64,000 nt of DNA from contig JAUVYB010000006.1 in the NCBI GenBank assembly GCA_030603275.1, positions 5,205 to 69,204 on the forward strand, in the 5' to 3' direction. The stretch is from Deltaproteobacteria bacterium (GTDB lineage Bacteria; Chloroflexota; Dehalococcoidia; Dehalococcoidales; BS750m-G39). Positions 61,901 to 64,000 of this stretch are shown piece after piece (the stretch's first letter is position 1; each line of letters opens with the position of its first letter). The notes under the pieces were generated by a model. That model was not told the origin of the DNA and searched no databases. It saw only the letters and a program-made list of their open reading frames with translations. Both the position numbers and the translations under genes were made by a program.

Positions 61901-63701
61901 CCTTTAGCTCAGGATTGGCTTCAAGCAGTAGCGCCGCGGCTCCGGCGGCAACGGGACAAGCCATGCTTGTCCCGTGCATCACGTAGTAATCCGCCGGACC
62001 CGAGCCATCCAGATTCAAGCCATCGTTGTCAATAAAGTAAGCACTGGCACCGCCAGGCCAGGCATAGACATCCTGGTCACGCACCGATATTATGGCGCTG
62101 CCCGGAGCCACGATATTCGGCTTCTGCGGTGCGCCACTATCTACCCTCGGTCCGCGGCTGCTGAAGGAGGCCATGGTACCTACCGTCTGATCGGGGTTGA
62201 TGAAGTGATAGCTAAGCCCGTCATAGGCAGTCCAGTTCTTCCTGCTGGTGTAAGCACCAACGGCTATAGCCTTTTCGGCATCGGCCGGTGAACAAAGGGT
62301 ATAAAACGGGTCGGCGTTATGAAACTCAACCGAAGCCCCGCTACTGGCAATGCCCTCAAAGTAGATATGGTAGAACTGGTCACTATCCGAGTTGTTAGTA
62401 ACTTTTAGATAGTAGGTCGGGCTTCCTGCTGGCAAGTAGAAATACCAGCCAGCTTCAGGACCATAGCCAGAAAGTTCATGCTCGGTACCTTTCCAGCTCT
62501 CTTCCTGGGCACCTGCCCAGATGTCACCCATAGCCGTCTGGGTGGAATCGTAATACTCCAGAACCAGGTCTCTGCTATTTGCCAGTCCGTCAAACCAAAC
62601 CAGGTTAAAGCCAAGCCCGGCATTACCGCCGGTGGAGCCAGTAACATCGACCTGGATAAATCCAGTGCTGCTATAGGCATCAACCGTGCCTGAGTAATGC
62701 TCACCGTCACCGGCTTCATTACCCGCCGAGATAAAGACTACCGCCCCCTGACTAAAAGCGTAGTCTACCGCCTGGGAGGTTTGCCTGGTACCATCATGGT
62801 AATCCCCCCAACCACCATAACTCATGGTTATAATATCGGCGTCATAGGTATCCACCGCCGCCTTAATGGCGTTGGTCATGGCATCAAGCGAAGCGTTACC
62901 AGTAGTATCATTGCCAATCTTGAGAAAGATAAGGTCAGCATCCGGTGCCATGCCTTTATATTCGCTAGCGGCTCCGGAGGACTGTGTTCCCCGCCCCAGA
63001 GCCGAACCGGCGACATGGGTACCATGCCCGGTAACGCTATTGGCAATGGTGTCATCCAGCACCGGCCAGCTTGAGTAGTCTTTACTGGCTACCGGCGCCG
63101 GGATATCAGGGTGAGAAGTGTCCAGGCCAGAATCCAGCACGGCTATCCTGACACCGCTACCATCATAGCCTGAGCCCCAGACATCGTCGGCGTTTACCTC
63201 AATTGCCGCCTGGTCATTCTGAGGCTCTAATAGCTGCTCGGCAGTATCCAGTTGGGCAACATAGTCCCTGCCCGCCAGCACGCCAAGCTTATCTACAGGC
63301 ATATCAGCCACGATAAAGCCGGTGGGGAATTCCCCTACCGGCGGTATCCAGGAATCTGGATAAGGGATAATACCCATAGACTCCAGTTCATCTAATTGCT
63401 TTACCGTCGGCTCCTGGGCAAGGTGGATAAATACCCGCTGTGTCTCCAGGTCTTTCGTATTCATGCCCCTAGCCTGCATCATGCTCAACTCGCCGGCTGT
63501 TGGCTGAACCTGCTGGCAGCGCAGCTTAGCCTCTACCTGCAAAGAAAGCAAGGCGCTGACCTTAGCCTCGGGCTCAGCCGCCGGAAATGAAAGCGCCTGG
63601 TGACTGTTTCCAGATGAAACAGCGTGAACACCAGGCATAGTACCAAGGGAAAGTGACAATAAAAGAAAAATAGTGCCAAAAATCTTGAGGGGGGTTTTCA
63701 T
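58323..63701 (-). CDS. giant secreted double protease: I9-like propeptide + subtilisin S8 + clostripain-like C11 + Ig-like/IPT modules + cohesin + double dockerin
   Basis: 1792 aa with a signal peptide. S8 triad contexts are AVLDSGLD (D190), GHGTHVAG (H226) and HGTSMACP (S579), with a large insertion between His and Ser. C11 contexts are WLFMVYLDADNNLE, VLWNHGSGW (H759) and GFDACLM (C814). An IPT-like region reads VTSVSPDSGEQGATLEVTIGGTNLTG. The same C-terminal cohesin + 2 dockerin repeats follow. Confidence 0.85.
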   Translation of the reverse strand: MKTPLKIFGTIFLLLSLSLGTMPGVHAVSSGNSHQALSFPAAEPEAKVSALLSLQVEAKLRCQQVQPTAGELSMMQARGMNTKDLETQRVFIHLAQEPTVKQLDELESMGIIPYPDSWIPPVGEFPTGFIVADMPVDKLGVLAGRDYVAQLDTAEQLLEPQNDQAAIEVNADDVWGSGYDGSGVRIAVLDSGLDTSHPDIPAPVASKDYSSWPVLDDTIANSVTGHGTHVAGSALGRGTQSSGAASEYKGMAPDADLIFLKIGNDTTGNASLDAMTNAIKAAVDTYDADIITMSYGGWGDYHDGTRQTSQAVDYAFSQGAVVFISAGNEAGDGEHYSGTVDAYSSTGFIQVDVTGSTGGNAGLGFNLVWFDGLANSRDLVLEYYDSTQTAMGDIWAGAQEESWKGTEHELSGYGPEAGWYFYLPAGSPTYYLKVTNNSDSDQFYHIYFEGIASSGASVEFHNADPFYTLCSPADAEKAIAVGAYTSRKNWTAYDGLSYHFINPDQTVGTMASFSSRGPRVDSGAPQKPNIVAPGSAIISVRDQDVYAWPGGASAYFIDNDGLNLDGSGPADYYVMHGTSMACPVAAGAAALLLEANPELKGHPADVRNLLQSTASSVDANNNIDGYGLLDIQAAVDATASEFEVDWLFMVYLDADNNLESAGIDDMNEMEVAGSTDDVAIVVQMDRAERDYADDTTNGNWTGTKRLYVTQDTDQLIINSPVIEDLGEVNMGDPATLTSFIEWAVANYPAQHYALVLWNHGSGWRGRDSDGEAVKSICVDDESGDELTMTELRSALNAANLSTGKTLDIVGFDACLMQMVEVAYQVMGSASRPLVDITVGSEETEPGDGWDYAATLTALTADPTMTPAELGTQIVNDYVISYSSSWDITQSAVDLDYMEALATAVDSFAVAMTNAPGDWTAISTARSSAQEYYYYYYIDLYHFAQLVNQDATISQAVRDAASDVMTAITNAVIAEGHTASVGNSHGLSIYYPETSANYYSDYETDVLFTNDTHWDEFLYAILFTSPSVPDISVSPTSYEVTLAPDTTEDYILTIGNDGTSELTYDISDQEASGGSVPISIEGSLATVKEEVISKNPDLTLSNTEYDMSIAVADLSYIGRYTEATADEKLLLYGYPYAGTSYMTVQLDGSDYDQDAAMDSYVTQAPAVDGNSITTQWSLPTDVGVSLRLTLQQDTTKYQATITNNDAASHEVKIRFMLDTMLAYNDGAPFIVPGVGNVTTEQEYNNPVFDYWQATDSLVSPTLTSNCTFSTGNKPYKVQFVYWPDIYYIPFDYTATIGQSITSDTAVGMYWNLGTLSPGESQDVIFYYGTTDAIIGTPEVSIVTLFTDSSSYLPEEDVTIYVDVGNGGDAALTDGVVTINVEDPEGTLVFYDTSAITVEAGEVASCNFTYSLPAEAVLGEYTITAKVYDSEATLLDEETAIFTVSSIDCSWLSESPISGAVAASSSDPITVTIDTTGLSVGTYNAEIIIASNDPDEASVTVPVALHVSALELPTVTSVSPDSGEQGATLEVTIGGTNLTGATAVSFGDGITVNSFTVVSAAEITANISIDTTATLGLRDVSVTTSAGTGTLTDGFTVVAVGAVAVSVDAPATAEPDSDFTANVNISQITDFDSCNYDIIFDPLVLRLDDIASGLIGSTTIPVDMYNELSSGTYRVIQNVPGVAGVSGSGYLAVLHFHVIGSEGDSSAISLANGTLSDIQAAEIEATWVGDSVSITSALAGDANGDGMVNALDITKVERIIVGLDAETAGADANGDGNVNALDITKVERIIVGLD

Positions 63702-63737
63702 AGTTACCTCCTTAAATTTTGTGGACAGTTGAGCACC

Positions 63738-63766
63738 AGTATAGCATAAAAAATGCCCACTGTCAA
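63738..63766 (-). promoter_or_regulatory. sigma70-type promoter of the giant protease gene / cohesin-dockerin cluster
   Basis: On the minus strand: TTGACA (63766-63761), 17 nt, TATACT (63743-63738). The 36-nt leader carries AAGGAGGT (63713-63706), 4 nt before the ATG at 63701. Confidence 0.65.
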
Positions 63767-63835
63767 CAAGAAGGCATACTATTATATAGTACTTTAGGGT
63801 GACTTTTGGGTAACTTTAGGCAACTATGGTGCCTC

Positions 63836-64000
63836 TTAGGCTAGAGGCTCTAGCGCCTGTTCGGCGGTGTCCAGTTGAGTTATGTAATCTTTATTCATCA
63901 GCTCGTCAAGCTTGCCTATGGGCATATCGGCCACCAGGAATCCGGCGGATGGCCCTTCGGCGGAAGGTATCCACGAGTCAGGATAAGGGGTAATGCCCAT
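63836..64000 (-). CDS. 3' end of a short paralog of the protease propeptide region (N-terminus beyond window)
   Basis: My translation is ...MGITPYPDSWIPSAEGPSAGFLVADMPIGKLDELMNKDYITQLDTAEQALEPLA*. It aligns to aa 109-160 of the 1792-aa protein (MGIIPYPDSWIPPVGEFPTGFIVADMPVDKLGVLAGRDYVAQLDTAEQLLEP). It stops at 63838-63836, where the catalytic domain would begin. Confidence 0.6.
   Translation of the reverse strand: MGITPYPDSWIPSAEGPSAGFLVADMPIGKLDELMNKDYITQLDTAEQALEPLA

Noticed and set aside
1-64000. tRNA, rRNA, tmRNA, CRISPR arrays and prophage genes.
   Set aside because: By eye I saw no cloverleaf-type sequence (GTTCGAATC-like T-arm with a matching acceptor stem), no rRNA-like stretch and no phage structural or integrase genes. 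This is a visual scan only; tRNAscan-SE/Infernal should confirm it.

Overview
This is a 64-kb, almost fully coding chromosomal segment. The gene content and synteny look like a monoderm Chloroflexota/Dehalococcoidia-type genome: ruvX-alaS, ychF, an ilvDBNC-leuACDB-cimA block using the citramalate route, archease-rtcB, a short archaeal-type ThyA-like gene, and a type IV pilus locus with no secretin gene in the window. This taxonomic placement is inference only.

Layout:
- 1-14.2 kb: housekeeping and signalling genes (partial acyl-CoA dehydrogenase, ruvX, alaS, holA, ychF, HAD hydrolase, orphan LuxR-type response regulator, membrane GAF-GGDEF-HD-GYP protein, GH3-family protein, small HTH, fabF).
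- 14.3-15.3 kb: an AT-rich islet (RHH and winged-helix genes) plus structured repeats.
- 15.3-30.5 kb: the type IV pilus locus. It contains pilD and a pilin, then a 708-bp repeat-filled gap, then pilT, a pilM-N fusion, a pilO-like gene, a 772-aa PilX-like giant, two minor pilins, pilC, pilB with a ~340-aa N-terminal extension, a LuxR response regulator and an HTH. An Ig-repeat surface protein follows.
- 30.6-44.6 kb: tsaC, rpiB and the branched-chain amino-acid operon. I read a Val/Leu/Ile-run leader peptide plus terminator attenuator upstream of it. An AT-rich, membrane-tethered Mrr-like nuclease gene interrupts it between leuC and leuD.
- 44.7-53.5 kb: cysK-rtcB-archease, two hypotheticals, a radical SAM gene (CX4CX2C), a ThyA-like gene, a B3/4-domain gene, a sirtuin and a secreted hypothetical.
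- 53.5-64 kb: the most unusual part, four consecutive minus-strand genes that form a self-contained, non-cellulosomal cohesin-dockerin set. One gene encodes a membrane-anchored cohesin-only protein. The other three encode secreted cargo proteins (a PQQ-like propeller, a 7-blade SBBP-like propeller, and a 1792-aa S8+C11 double protease). Each cargo ends in the same cohesin+double-dockerin cassette.

Two families of structured intergenic repeats, one carrying canonical G-quadruplex motifs, recur across the window. I saw no rRNA, tRNA, CRISPR array, transposase or integrase.
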